A stretch of 64,000 bases of DNA from an uncultured Acidobacteriota bacterium (GTDB taxonomy: Bacteria; Acidobacteriota; Terriglobia; Acidiferrales; UBA7541), in assembly GCA_963753205.1 (NCBI GenBank), contig CAVWBL010000009.1, forward strand, positions 244,594 through 308,593, read 5' to 3'. Position 1 is the first letter of the stretch. The number at the start of each line of letters is the position of its first letter. Positions 22,615 to 32,427 of the stretch are shown here, piece by piece. The notes beneath the pieces were generated by a model that was not told where the DNA came from, made no database searches, and worked only from the letters and a program-made list of their open reading frames with translations. The position numbers and the translations under genes were made by a program.

Positions 22615-23520
22615 TCAAGCCACCAGCAAGATCTTCCCGCTGCCACCCTTTTCTGCCGCTGCTTGAGCCTCGGCCGCTTCACTGAGTGGCAGTTTCTGGC
22701 TGATCGGAATTACCAGCTTGCCATCTCGCACCGCTTCGGCCATGAACTCGAGTGTTTTCTTATCGAATTTTGAGAATACGTGCACCACCTTCACCAACGG
22801 GTACTGGGCCGCGTTCTGCGGCGCCTCAACAACCGACGCGTACGTGCCTCCAGGCTTGACCTTGGCGATCAGCTTTTCGGCGGTCCTTCCGCCCACCGTA
22901 TCCGCCACCGCATCAAGCCGCGGAAGATTCTCAATCGACGTGTCGTCGTCGGTTGCGACGGCCCGATGCGCGCCGACAGTCTTCACCTCATCCATCTGCT
23001 TCTTCAAAACGCCCGCTATCACCGTCGCCCCGCGTTGCTTCGCAGTGAATACCGCTGAACGCCCGACATTACCGGCAGCGCCTATGACGAGAACCGTCTG
23101 GCCCGCGTTCACTCCCGTAGCCAGGAGGAGCTGGTTGCCAGTCGTCGTAACCAGCGGCAGTGCCGCCGCCTGGACCAGATCGAGCCCTTTGGGAACTTTC
23201 GCCAGAATCGCGGCTTTCACGACGCAAAGTTCCGCGTAAGTGTTGTCCGCCATGGCGAACACTTCGTCGCCGACGGAAAAGCCTTCCACTCCCGGCCCAA
23301 TATTGACTACAGTCCCCGCGATATCGACTCCTATGAGCCCCGGGAACCGAATAGGATAAAAATCCTTCGTTAATCCAGCACGCCGCTTGTAGTCGATCGG
23401 ATTCACGCTCGTGGCGGCGACCCGCACCAAAACTTCGCCGGAACCCGGAACCGGGTCAGGGTAGTCCTCAAACTTCAGCACTTCGGGACTGCCATATTCG
23501 TGAACGACGATTGCCTTCAT
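22615..23520 (-). CDS. NADPH:quinone reductase-like zinc-type (MDR) dehydrogenase
   Basis: MKAIVVHEYGSPEVLKFEDYPDPVPGSGEVLVRVAATSVNPIDYK, GQTVLVIGAAGNVG. The start overlaps the aldolase stop (ATGA). Confidence 0.9.
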   Translation of the reverse strand: MKAIVVHEYGSPEVLKFEDYPDPVPGSGEVLVRVAATSVNPIDYKRRAGLTKDFYPIRFPGLIGVDIAGTVVNIGPGVEGFSVGDEVFAMADNTYAELCVVKAAILAKVPKGLDLVQAAALPLVTTTGNQLLLATGVNAGQTVLVIGAAGNVGRSAVFTAKQRGATVIAGVLKKQMDEVKTVGAHRAVATDDDTSIENLPRLDAVADTVGGRTAEKLIAKVKPGGTYASVVEAPQNAAQYPLVKVVHVFSKFDKKTLEFMAEAVRDGKLVIPISQKLPLSEAAEAQAAAEKGGSGKILLVA

Positions 23521-24413
23521 GATTTCTCTCCTTCGGTGAGGGCCATCAGTTGGCCATTGAACAGCTTCAGGCGTGAACTCACGACTTGCTTCACGGATTC
23601 GACGACCGGGGGCAGAATCTTATATGGAACGACTTCGTTCGGTTGACTCGCCAGGCTGCCTTCCAAGGACCGGCGCCATGCGACCCGCAGTTCGGTATTG
23701 ATGTGGATTATGTTGATCCCTGCAGTGATCGCCCTTAGAAAGTCTTCATCATCCGTTCCGGACCCACCGTGAAGGGTGAGAAAGATCCCAGTAGCCTTCT
23801 TGATCTGGGCGATTCTCTCGATCTTTAGGTGCTTTTTGGTTTTTCCTTCGACCATGCTTTCCAGCATGCCGTGCATGTTGCCGACCGCTGGCGCAAGGAC
23901 GTCGATTCCAGTGGAGGCGACGAATTGTCGGGCTTCCTCAGGTGTCGTGAGGTTCCGAAAACCGTTTGGAACGGCTTGATGGATTTCAGAGCCGGTTCCG
24001 ATGTTGCCTATCTCTCCCTCCGCAAGAATTGCGGGGTTGATCGCTTTAATGGCCTCAACAGCTTCCTTCGTGCGAGAAACGTTCTGGTCAAAAGGTAACG
24101 CTGAAAAATCGATTACGACTGCATCGAACCCTGCCCTTGCCGCCTCCACTGCTTTCGCCAGTGAATGCGTATGGTCTGCGTTAAGGAAAACGGGGGCGCC
24201 ATGTTCCTTCCGCATGACTTTCACAAGCGCTGTGATTTCATACGTTCCTAGAAAGTCCCGCTCTCCTTCCGATGCGCCTACAATTACCGGAACTCTGACC
24301 TCAACAGCGGCTGCGACAACTGCCTTTAGCAGAACCAGATCGGCAACATTGAAATGGCCCAGCGCCGAGCGCTGTTCTTGCGAACGAATCAACACATTCC
24401 GTAATGCATCCAT
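23517..24413 (-). CDS. fba: class II fructose/ketose-bisphosphate aldolase
   Basis: ALGHFNV, VPVIVGASEG, FLNADHTHS, LTLHGGSG, NINTELRVAWR. Confidence 0.9.
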   Translation of the reverse strand: MDALRNVLIRSQEQRSALGHFNVADLVLLKAVVAAAVEVRVPVIVGASEGERDFLGTYEITALVKVMRKEHGAPVFLNADHTHSLAKAVEAARAGFDAVVIDFSALPFDQNVSRTKEAVEAIKAINPAILAEGEIGNIGTGSEIHQAVPNGFRNLTTPEEARQFVASTGIDVLAPAVGNMHGMLESMVEGKTKKHLKIERIAQIKKATGIFLTLHGGSGTDDEDFLRAITAGINIIHINTELRVAWRRSLEGSLASQPNEVVPYKILPPVVESVKQVVSSRLKLFNGQLMALTEGEKS

Positions 24414-24555
24414 GATCGTGGTCCTTCCATGATGACGAGTGCGAGGCGTCGCAGAGGGCGCTTCCCATTCCTCGTCGCCCTCGGGCGAATCGGCCTACAT
24501 TCGTCCGATCGAATCGCGTGCCACCGGCGATTTCACTCCACGTGCCCGGGCGAAG

Positions 24556-24585
24556 CAATTGGACGATAGTATTGGCGATATGTTT
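24556..24585 (-). promoter_or_regulatory. stress-regulon motif copy (minus strand, faces fba)
   Basis: The reverse complement reads aaacATATCGCCAATACTATCGTCCAATTG. It lies 142 nt upstream of ATG 24413. Confidence 0.55.
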
Positions 24586-24643
24586 GTATGGGTCACACAG
24601 ATCGAAGTACACACCACCTGAGCCTACGGGATCGATCCGCGCT

Positions 24644-24673
24644 TTGGCGGTGGTCGATACGTTCGTCCAATAG
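24644..24673 (+). promoter_or_regulatory. stress-regulon motif copy (plus strand, left half-site eroded)
   Basis: ttggcggtgGTCGATACGTTCGTCCAATAG, 336 nt upstream of ATG 25010. It forms a divergent pair with 24556-24585. Confidence 0.4.
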
Positions 24674-25009
24674 ACTTGTCGTCGCCCTTCTGCCAATCTC
24701 GCCTCCGACGGTAACTCGCTCTGCCATCGAAAGGACTCCGAATGGACGGCAAAAAATGGACCGAAACAGACCACGCGCGTGGCCGAGCCTGTCGCCTTGG
24801 ACACGCTTGGTGTGAATGTTTTTACCGGCCGGGAATGGGTATGGCGGCGAGGCAGTCAGCTTTGACTCGATCAAGTCGAAATCTCCGGTAAGTATGACGC
24901 GATGCTGGTAGACGCAATGATGAGGTAGCTGAGGCCGAGGCTCTCGCAAATTGTTTTGCACAAGCTAGGGTCTCGGGAAACAGATTCGGTTTTTCGAGAG
25001 GAGAACAAG

Positions 25010-25846
25010 ATGACAACAAAAGGGAAAGTCTTGGTGCTAGTCTCGAGCGGTCACGGCTTGCCATTGAAAGACGGCAAGGTTTATGCCGGCGCTGGCTACT
25101 ATCTCAACGAACTGACCGTCCCGGTTCGTGCCTTGATGAAGGAAGGCTATGAGATCACTTTCGCGAACCCTAAAGGCAACACGCCGCAAATGGATGTCCA
25201 TTCAGCCGTCGCCGACTTCTTCGGCGGTGACGAGGCCAGGCTTCAGGACTATCTAAAATTCCGGGACAGCCTGACCGGGCTCAAAAATCCAACTCGCATA
25301 TCGGATGTGATCGCATCGGGCCTGGATCAATATGACGCCGTTTTCGTCCCCGGCGGCCATGGCCCGATGATGGATCTTCTCGATGATCCCGACGCCGGCA
25401 CCGTGATGAGATACTTTCATAAAATATCCAAGCCCACGGCGGTGCTCTGCCATGGCCCGATTTCACTTCTCTCAGCTCTTCCGAATTCCACGGAGGTGGT
25501 CGGAGCGCTGGCAGCGGGCGATGCCGCTGGAGCGCGGGCAAAGGCTCAAGGATGGATTTACGCCGGATATAAGATGACCATCTTTTCGACGGCGGAAGAG
25601 CAGCAGCGGGAGCCGCTCGAAATTGGCGGCAAGGTTCTCTTCTATCCGGACTTCGCCTTGCGTACAGCGGGCGGTGACGTAAGTGTTGCCGCTCCATGGA
25701 AGAGCTACGTGCTGCAAGACCGCGAGTTGATCTCAGGTCAAAATCCGTTCTCGGACGATGCGCTTGTGAAACTTCTTCTACCGGCCCTCAGCGGAAAAAG
25801 TGCGGGGGCAAGCGCATCCTCCGCCGGATCGAGCGTTCGTCGCTAA
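25010..25846 (+). CDS. DJ-1/PfpI-family (class I glutamine amidotransferase-like) protein
   Basis: KVLVLVSSGHGLP...YDAVFVPGGHGPMMDL...AVLCHGPISL. GAGAGGAGAA before the ATG. Confidence 0.85.
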   Translation: MTTKGKVLVLVSSGHGLPLKDGKVYAGAGYYLNELTVPVRALMKEGYEITFANPKGNTPQMDVHSAVADFFGGDEARLQDYLKFRDSLTGLKNPTRISDVIASGLDQYDAVFVPGGHGPMMDLLDDPDAGTVMRYFHKISKPTAVLCHGPISLLSALPNSTEVVGALAAGDAAGARAKAQGWIYAGYKMTIFSTAEEQQREPLEIGGKVLFYPDFALRTAGGDVSVAAPWKSYVLQDRELISGQNPFSDDALVKLLLPALSGKSAGASASSAGSSVRR

Positions 25847-25860
25847 CTGCGTGGAGCTGC

Positions 25861-25895
25861 CCCACCCATCATACTTTTCGATCTCGATGGGTGGG
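25861..25895 (+). terminator. stem-loop 15 nt after the DJ-1-family stop codon
   Basis: CCCACCCATC-(15 nt)-GATGGGTGGG, a 10-bp perfect stem. No T-tract follows, so intrinsic-terminator status is uncertain. Confidence 0.35.
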
Positions 25896-26056
25896 AGGAC
25901 GGGAACGCGGCCTCACTTTCGAAAGGGCTATGCCGTGCTGTCTGGGCGGAAGTGCCGTCCACCCTTCGGCCCGCAACCTTCGATTTCCGCTGAGGGCAGT
26001 CTGTGGTCGGCGCCCTCGCTTCGCATTGGCCTTCGGGCGCAAGGAGAGAATGTTCG

Positions 26057-26935
26057 ATGAACTACCCCGCCGCTTATCGCACCCTGCAGATCGACGGCCT
26101 CTCGATTTTCTACCGAGAGGCTGGGCCTAAAAATGCTCCGGCAATTCTCCTACTGCACGGACTTCCTTCTTCGTCGCGGATGTTTGAACCGCTCTTCGCG
26201 AGACTCTCCGATCGCTATCATCTGATGGCGCCTGATTATCCAGGTTTCGGACACAGCGACTGGCCCGACCCGAAGAAGTTCGCATACACCTTCGATAATT
26301 ACGCCGAGATCATAAGCCACTTCACTGAGGCGCTCGGCGTCTCGCGTTACACGCTTTACATGCAGGATTATGGCGGCCCCGTGGGTTTTCGCATGATCCT
26401 GGCGCACCCGCAACGGGTGGAAGCTCTCATTGTTCAAGACGCGGTGGCACACAATGAGGGCCTGGGCGTGAATTGGAAGACGCGGCGAGCCTTTTGGGCT
26501 GACCGCGCGACCAATGAAAGTGCGCTGCGCGCGAATTTGCTCTCGCTCGCCGCGACGCGCACTCGACATGTCGGCAACGATCCGAACGTGGGACGCTACG
26601 ACCCCGATCTCTGGATGGATGAATTCTATTTTCTGAATCAGCCAGGCCAGGCCGAGATTCAGAGCGATCTCTTCTACGACTATCGAACCAATGTAGACGC
26701 CTACCCGAAGTGGCAAGCGTGGATGCGTGAGAAGCAACCACGGCTGCTGGTGATCTGGGGCAAATATGAGCTTTCGTTCGACCCTGGCGAGCCGGAACGC
26801 TATCGCGCAGACGTGCCGAGTGCTGAGGTCCACATCGTCGACGGCGGCCATTTCGCGCTAGACACGGCGGCAGATGAGATCGTCGCACTTTTACAGGGAT
26901 TTATCCGCTCTTCACGCGAGGCGGTCGTACGGTGA
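26057..26935 (+). CDS. alpha/beta hydrolase (epoxide hydrolase / haloalkane dehalogenase-like)
   Basis: IDGLSIFYREAGPKNAPAILLLHGLPSSSRMF, MQDYGGPVGF, C-terminal GGHFAL. AAGGAGAG before the ATG. Confidence 0.9.
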   Translation: MNYPAAYRTLQIDGLSIFYREAGPKNAPAILLLHGLPSSSRMFEPLFARLSDRYHLMAPDYPGFGHSDWPDPKKFAYTFDNYAEIISHFTEALGVSRYTLYMQDYGGPVGFRMILAHPQRVEALIVQDAVAHNEGLGVNWKTRRAFWADRATNESALRANLLSLAATRTRHVGNDPNVGRYDPDLWMDEFYFLNQPGQAEIQSDLFYDYRTNVDAYPKWQAWMREKQPRLLVIWGKYELSFDPGEPERYRADVPSAEVHIVDGGHFALDTAADEIVALLQGFIRSSREAVVR

Positions 26936-27249
26936 GCGGGATGAAGCTGCTTTGGCAAGGCCGCTAACCCGGCTGTGTGTCGGGTTGGCATCTTCAGCAC
27001 GGAAGATTATGCATATCGCCGGGAAGGCAGCGAAGGTTAGCCGGCGCATCGGAGGGCATTAGCGCGGAGCATGACCGGTGCAAAGGTCGCACGTGGTACC
27101 GCGGTACCGCGAATCCCCACTGAGCAAAAGGCCGAACGCCGTTCTTCCAGAGCGGTAGCTCCGGTTCATTCTCGCCCTAGTGCGAATGGCTCTCCGTCCG
27201 TCCGATCAGCCCGCCATGAGCGACTCCAATCCACGTGCCCCCGGCGAAT

Positions 27250-27279
27250 CAATCGGACGATAGCATTGACGATGCGTTT
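27250..27279 (-). promoter_or_regulatory. stress-regulon motif copy (minus strand, orphan: no gene downstream)
   Basis: The reverse complement reads aaacGCATCGTCAATGCTATCGTCCGATTG, with half-sites co-varied to GCATCG/CAATGC. The leader 27170-27249 is homologous to the fba leader (24440-24555) but is followed only by short ORFs. Confidence 0.45.
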
Positions 27280-27338
27280 GTGCGGGTCCCGCAGATCGAA
27301 GTACACATCACTCGTTGCCTATATGTCTGATCCGTTCT

Positions 27339-27368
27339 TTGGCGGCGGTCGATACGTTCGTCCAATAG
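27339..27368 (+). promoter_or_regulatory. stress-regulon motif copy (plus strand)
   Basis: ttggcggcgGTCGATACGTTCGTCCAATAG, 142 nt upstream of ATG 27511. CCTAATCG lies 23 nt downstream. Confidence 0.5.
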
Positions 27369-27510
27369 AATTCGCCATCGCGACTCTGGCCTAATCGGGT
27401 CCAGATGAACGCTGAGATCTCGCGTGTCTCCGATCGAGCGGACCCCTGACTCCCGGACGAAGCGTCTTAGTCGGCAGGAGCACGCCCCAAATGGAAGGGA
27501 CTGACCACCC

Positions 27511-28884
27511 ATGAAGGACTTCGACGCAATCATTATTGGAACGGGCCAAGCGGGTCCGCCGATGGCAGTTCGGTTTGCGGATGCCGGAAAGACCGTCGCC
27601 ATCATCGAACGCCGTAAATTTGGCGGCACATGCGTGAACACGGGATGTACCCCGACAAAGACGCTCGTGGCTAGCGCCTATGCCATTCATTGTGCCTCCC
27701 GAGGTGCCGAATACGGTTTCTCCATCGGTGATATGCGCGTTGATATGAAGCAAGTCAAAGCCCGCAAGGATGAAGTCTCCGGTGGGTCAAGTAGGGGAGT
27801 GGAGGAATGGCTGCGAGGAACGGCAAATTGTAGGGTCATTCAGGGTCACGCCCGCTTTCAGTCATCGAACACTGTGATGGTCAACGGTGAAGTTCTGCAA
27901 GCCGACAATATCTTTATCAACGTGGGCGGACGCGCCTCGGTTCCGGAAATCCCCGGGATTCACGATGTACCATTTCTCACCAACTCATCGATTATGGACA
28001 TCGACTTCTTGCCCGAGCATTTCGTTATCGTCGGCGGAAGTTATGTCGGGCTCGAGTTTGCCCAGATGTATAGGCGCTTCGGCAGCCAAGTTACGATCGT
28101 GGAGATGGGGCCGCGCTTGATTGGAGGGGAGGACGAAGACGTTTCCCAAGGTGTGCGCGAAATCCTGGAGGCCGAGGGAATACACATCCGGCTGAATGCG
28201 AAATGTGTCTCACTGGCGAAACGCGATGGCGGTGTCGCCGTCGGTGTCACGTGCGAGGAAGGGTCGCCAGAAGTGATGGGCACTCACGTTCTTCTCGCCG
28301 TGGGACGTACTCCCAACACGGGCGACTTGGGTCTGGACCGGGCCGGCGTCGCCACCGATCACCGCGGCTACATAATCGTTGATGATCAATTGCAAACGAA
28401 CGTGCCCGGCATCTGGGCTCTAGGGGACTGCAACGGCCGCGGCGCGTTTACGCATACTGCTTATAACGACTACGAGATCGTTGCGGACAATCTCTTCAAC
28501 GCCGACCATCGCCGGGTTTCGGATCGGATCCAGGCTTACGCGCTGTATATCGACCCGCCGCTGGGGCGATGCGGCATGACCGATGCTGAGATACGGAAGT
28601 CCGGACGTCGTGCCCTCGCCGTGAAATATCCGATGAGCCGAGTGGGCCGGGCGTACGAAAAAGGTGAGACACAAGGTTTCATCAAAATCTGTGTCGATGC
28701 GGAAACGAAACAAATTCTGGGTGCTGCGATTCTTGGGGTGGGAGGCGATGAGGTGATTCACGTTCTGCTGGACGTGATGTATGCCAAGGCGCCATACACC
28801 GTCATACAGCGCGCCATGCACATCCATCCGACGGTCGCGGAATTTCTACCGACCATCCTCGCCAAACTGGAGCCGATTGCGTAA
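27511..28884 (+). CDS. class I pyridine nucleotide-disulfide oxidoreductase (flavoprotein disulfide reductase; MerA-like core without metal-binding extras)
   Basis: FDAIIIGTGQAGPP, redox-active GGTCVNTGCTPTK, second Rossmann VIVGGSYVGLEFA, HIHPTVAE near the C-terminus. No N-terminal HMA domain and no C-terminal Cys pair. Confidence 0.88.
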   Translation: MKDFDAIIIGTGQAGPPMAVRFADAGKTVAIIERRKFGGTCVNTGCTPTKTLVASAYAIHCASRGAEYGFSIGDMRVDMKQVKARKDEVSGGSSRGVEEWLRGTANCRVIQGHARFQSSNTVMVNGEVLQADNIFINVGGRASVPEIPGIHDVPFLTNSSIMDIDFLPEHFVIVGGSYVGLEFAQMYRRFGSQVTIVEMGPRLIGGEDEDVSQGVREILEAEGIHIRLNAKCVSLAKRDGGVAVGVTCEEGSPEVMGTHVLLAVGRTPNTGDLGLDRAGVATDHRGYIIVDDQLQTNVPGIWALGDCNGRGAFTHTAYNDYEIVADNLFNADHRRVSDRIQAYALYIDPPLGRCGMTDAEIRKSGRRALAVKYPMSRVGRAYEKGETQGFIKICVDAETKQILGAAILGVGGDEVIHVLLDVMYAKAPYTVIQRAMHIHPTVAEFLPTILAKLEPIA

Positions 28885-28969
28885 TCGCCCGCAAGACGAT
28901 CGCTCTGAAGCCCGAGAAGAGTGCGTGCGTATCAAGAAGCGCGGGCTGAGCAGCACTTCAAGCTGATAC

Positions 28970-28998
28970 CAACGTATCCCAATACCATCGTCCAATTG
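28970..28998 (+). promoter_or_regulatory. stress-regulon motif copy 5
   Basis: caacGTATCCCAATACCATCGTCCAATTG (spacer 1 nt shorter), 85 nt upstream of ATG 29084. Confidence 0.55.
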
Positions 28999-29083
28999 CT
29001 CCGTTTTGAAGCCTCTGCTTTTATGCGTCTAGCGAACGCGAATCAAACGCGTATACCGAACGAGAAGTTTTTAAGAGGGTACG

Positions 29084-30430
29084 ATGGCTCAAACCAGTGC
29101 CACCGCGGTGCAAGGCCAAGCAGAAGCCGTACAAACTCCGCGCAGCAGCGTTGGAAGCGAGAGGCGGGACGCCTCCATCCGATCCCGGTACAAGGCGGTG
29201 CGGCGAGCGACGAGCGCTCTTGCCGAGAGAATGTCGGCCGAAGATCAGATGGTTCAATCGTGCCCGGAAGCCAGCCCGATGAAATGGCACCAGGCTCATA
29301 CCAGCTGGTTTTTCGAGACCTTCGTGCTGCGTCCGTTCCTGAAAGGCTACCAGCCTTTTCGGGAAGACTTTCATTGGCTTTTCAACAGCTACTACAACTC
29401 CCTCGGACAGGAGATTCCCGAGAAAAGCCTGCGTTCGGCCTTCTCCCGGCCCCCGCTCGACGAAGTTCTCGCGTTCCGCTCACATGTCGATCAGGCGATG
29501 GATGAGTTTCTTTCGAGCGATGTCGATGAGGAAGCAATACGGCGGACAGTGCTGGGCCTGAACCACGAGCAACAGCACCAGGAGCTAGCCCTGACCGACA
29601 TTAAGCATGCCTTTTTTTCCAATCCCCTGCACCCATCGTATGTCGAGGGCTCACTTTCGGAAAAAGGGGGGCCTCGAGGTTCCGACCGGACTTGGCATAC
29701 GTTTAGCGGTGGATTGGTGGAGATTGGTTATCCATTTCGAGCAGAAGACCCCCTCGATTTTTGCTTCGATAACGAAACTCCGTGCCACAAGGTCTATCTG
29801 GAACCCTTTCAAATCGCAGACCGCGAAGTGACCTGCGGCGAGTACTTGGAATTCATGTCGGATGGTGGATACGCGCGGCCCGAATCATGGCTTTCCGAAG
29901 GATGGGATAGTGTGAAGCGCACTGCATGGCAGGCGCCTCTGTACTGGCAGCGTGATGCTGAAGATAATACCGGCTGGCGCGTGTTCACACTGAGGGGTTG
30001 GCACGGCCTTTCGGCACTACTTGATACGCCGGTGTGCCACGTGAGTTTTTTCGAGGCCGATGCGTTCGCGCGGTGGAGAGGTTGCCGGCTCCCGACCGAA
30101 GTGGAATGGGAATACATCGCGAGACAAAACGCCGTGCGTGGAAACTTGCTCGACACGGGAATTCTCCATCCCACTGCGGCGCGAAGCGCGAGTCTTGGCC
30201 AGCTGTACGGTGATTGCTGGGAATGGACGGCGAGCGCCTATACCGGTTATCCGGGATACAAGCCTTTGCCTGGTGCGCTCGGCGAATACAACGGCAAATT
30301 CATGTCGAGCCAAATGATTCTGCGCGGGGGATCGTGCCTCACTCCTGCGAGTCATATGCGGGCGACCTATCGGAATTTCTTTCCACCAGCAACCAGATGG
30401 CAGTTCACCGGCATTCGTTTGGCGGCTTGA
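29084..30430 (+). CDS. egtB: ergothioneine biosynthesis sulfoxide synthase EgtB (DinB_2 + FGE-sulfatase domains)
   Basis: MKWHQAHTSWFFETFVL...LFNSYYNSLG, HEQQHQEL, GDCWEWTASAYTGYPGYKP...ILRGGSCLTP...RATYRNFFPPATRWQFTGIRLA. Confidence 0.9.
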   Translation: MAQTSATAVQGQAEAVQTPRSSVGSERRDASIRSRYKAVRRATSALAERMSAEDQMVQSCPEASPMKWHQAHTSWFFETFVLRPFLKGYQPFREDFHWLFNSYYNSLGQEIPEKSLRSAFSRPPLDEVLAFRSHVDQAMDEFLSSDVDEEAIRRTVLGLNHEQQHQELALTDIKHAFFSNPLHPSYVEGSLSEKGGPRGSDRTWHTFSGGLVEIGYPFRAEDPLDFCFDNETPCHKVYLEPFQIADREVTCGEYLEFMSDGGYARPESWLSEGWDSVKRTAWQAPLYWQRDAEDNTGWRVFTLRGWHGLSALLDTPVCHVSFFEADAFARWRGCRLPTEVEWEYIARQNAVRGNLLDTGILHPTAARSASLGQLYGDCWEWTASAYTGYPGYKPLPGALGEYNGKFMSSQMILRGGSCLTPASHMRATYRNFFPPATRWQFTGIRLAA

Positions 30431-30444
30431 AAGGATTCACGCAC

Positions 30445-31443
30445 ATGGGAACCTACGTTCAGGCAGTTAACGTCGAGCATCTGCCAATCTCGGACGGGCG
30501 CCAAGCACTGAACTGCGAAGTGCGGCGCGGTTTAATAGCGCGACCACGATCGCTCGCGCCATGGATGTTCTATGATGCAGAGGGCTCGCGGCTCTTTGAG
30601 TGCATCACAAACCTCCCCGAATACTACCCGACGCGCACAGAGAGAGCCATCTTGTCGAAATACGCAGATGCGATCGTTACCGCCGCTCACCGTGACAGAT
30701 CGTTGCCGTTGCGCCTCGTAGAGTTGGGTGCCGGCACAGCCTCGAAAACCTGTATTTTGCTCGAAGCGGCTTTGCGCATCTCCGACGATGTCGTTTACGT
30801 GCCTGTGGATATCTGTCCCGATGCTCTTGAGTTGGCCTGTCAGAACGTGGCATGCGCGCTGCCGGAAGTGCGCATGGAACCCATCGTCCGGAACTACGTG
30901 AGCCACCCCCTTCAGCTCGAACCGTTTGACGGTACCACATTGGCGCTCTACATCGGCACGAGCATCGGCAACTTTTCCTGCGAAGAAGCGCGACTTATCC
31001 TGAGAAATTTAGGCGCTCAACTGCAGGCGGGAGATGCTCTGTTACTCGGTACCGACATGGTGAAAGACGAGCCCACCCTCGTCGCTGCTTATGACGACAG
31101 CGATGGAATCACCGCTGCGTTCAACTTGAATATGCTGCATCGTCTGAATAGAGAACTGGGGGCCAACTTCGACACTGCTCGTTTCCGTCATCGCGCGCTT
31201 TGGAACTCCACCGAGTCGCGAATTGAAATGCACCTGGAGAGCACGCAAGAACAGGTCGTAGCCATCGAGGACGCAAAGCTTGACGTTCATTTCATGCGAG
31301 GCGAAACCATTCACACCGAGAATAGTCACAAGTTCACGGACCGGGGCATTCGAACCCTTCTTGGGGAAGCCGGTTTTGAGATCGAAGCGGCATGGAAAGA
31401 CAGTCGCCGTTGGTACACCCTCACGCTTGCGCACCTTCGGTAG
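30445..31443 (+). CDS. egtD: L-histidine N-alpha-methyltransferase EgtD
   Basis: MFYDAEGSRLFECITNLPEYYPTRTERAIL, LVELGAGTASKT, YIGTSIGNF, AAYDDSDGITAAFNLNMLHRLNREL, IHTENSHKF. ATG 30445 lies 15 nt after the egtB stop. Confidence 0.9.
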   Translation: MGTYVQAVNVEHLPISDGRQALNCEVRRGLIARPRSLAPWMFYDAEGSRLFECITNLPEYYPTRTERAILSKYADAIVTAAHRDRSLPLRLVELGAGTASKTCILLEAALRISDDVVYVPVDICPDALELACQNVACALPEVRMEPIVRNYVSHPLQLEPFDGTTLALYIGTSIGNFSCEEARLILRNLGAQLQAGDALLLGTDMVKDEPTLVAAYDDSDGITAAFNLNMLHRLNRELGANFDTARFRHRALWNSTESRIEMHLESTQEQVVAIEDAKLDVHFMRGETIHTENSHKFTDRGIRTLLGEAGFEIEAAWKDSRRWYTLTLAHLR

Positions 31444-31661
31444 TGCTTGCGGCGACGCATTGGAAATTTTGTGGCATGCGACCGACGATGGTAATGCCTT
31501 TGCGTAACAAACCGGCTTCGAGGTTACAAATACAGAGGTCGGCGCCCGGCTCGGTTATCGAATCCGGACGTGGAAGGTGGGACGCGTTGGAAGGTAGTCT
31601 TGGAATACACGTTTCGAAGCTGATGGGTGGTTCTACATTTCTCTGCATGAAGGAGCTTTAT

Positions 31662-32129
31662 ATGTCTCGGGAAGCGAGCGCTGTAAAATCGGTCCAGCAA
31701 AGCCAAGTTCACCCTCATCAAGCGGGTCAGGAGGCTTTCAAAGCTATCTTGCCCGAATATGTGGATTGGAACCCGTTCCCGGCCTTCCCACCGACGGCGC
31801 GCCTTGCCGTTGTTGTCGGGCAGCCTGCGGAGCCGGGCCCCTACGTGATCAGAGTTAAGGTACCCGGGGGAGTGAAGTTGATGCCGCATCGTCATCCCGA
31901 AGATCGCATCTACACCGTCATATCGGGCGTGTTCTATATCGGCCTTGGCGACGAATTCGACACCAACAAACTGCAGGCGTATCCGCCCGGCGCAGTGATC
32001 GTTCTACCCGGGCATACATCGCACTTCCATTGGGCGAAGTCCGGCGAGTACGTCACACAAGTAACAGCGATCGGGCCTCTGGGAATGGAATACCTCAACC
32101 CAAAAGACGATCCACGAAGCAATATTTAG
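31662..32129 (+). CDS. cupin-domain protein
   Basis: AAGGAG 7 nt before ATG 31662. PGGVKLMPHRHPEDRIYTVISGVFYIGLGD...PGHTSHFHWA. Confidence 0.75.
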   Translation: MSREASAVKSVQQSQVHPHQAGQEAFKAILPEYVDWNPFPAFPPTARLAVVVGQPAEPGPYVIRVKVPGGVKLMPHRHPEDRIYTVISGVFYIGLGDEFDTNKLQAYPPGAVIVLPGHTSHFHWAKSGEYVTQVTAIGPLGMEYLNPKDDPRSNI

Positions 32130-32427
32130 GAAGATTTAGGACAGCCTTTTGTAGGCGCGAACAAACGAGCTTTTTGATTTTGGGCGCCACTATCGAGTTG
32201 CTCAGAAGCAAGTTCTTTTCGAGGCGACCCGTCAACCTGGGCGACGGAACTCTCAACGATTCCGCTGCATCGGAGAGGGTGGATCGTGCAATAGACTGGC
32301 CCTTCGGCTTCTGGCTTAATAAACACGCTGCCGACCGAAGCAACTATGAACAGCGTAATGGCTTTCAGGAACCAGAGTTCCTCGGACACCGCATTTGAAA
32401 TGAGCACCGCAGCGAAAGGAGTCGTCA

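Noticed and set aside
24301-24804. 167-aa minus-strand ORF spanning the fba start and the divergent promoter region.
   Set aside because: It overlaps the fba N-terminus out of frame and runs through both motif copies. It has no RBS or family signature, and the homologous region at 27.2 kb is interrupted by stops.
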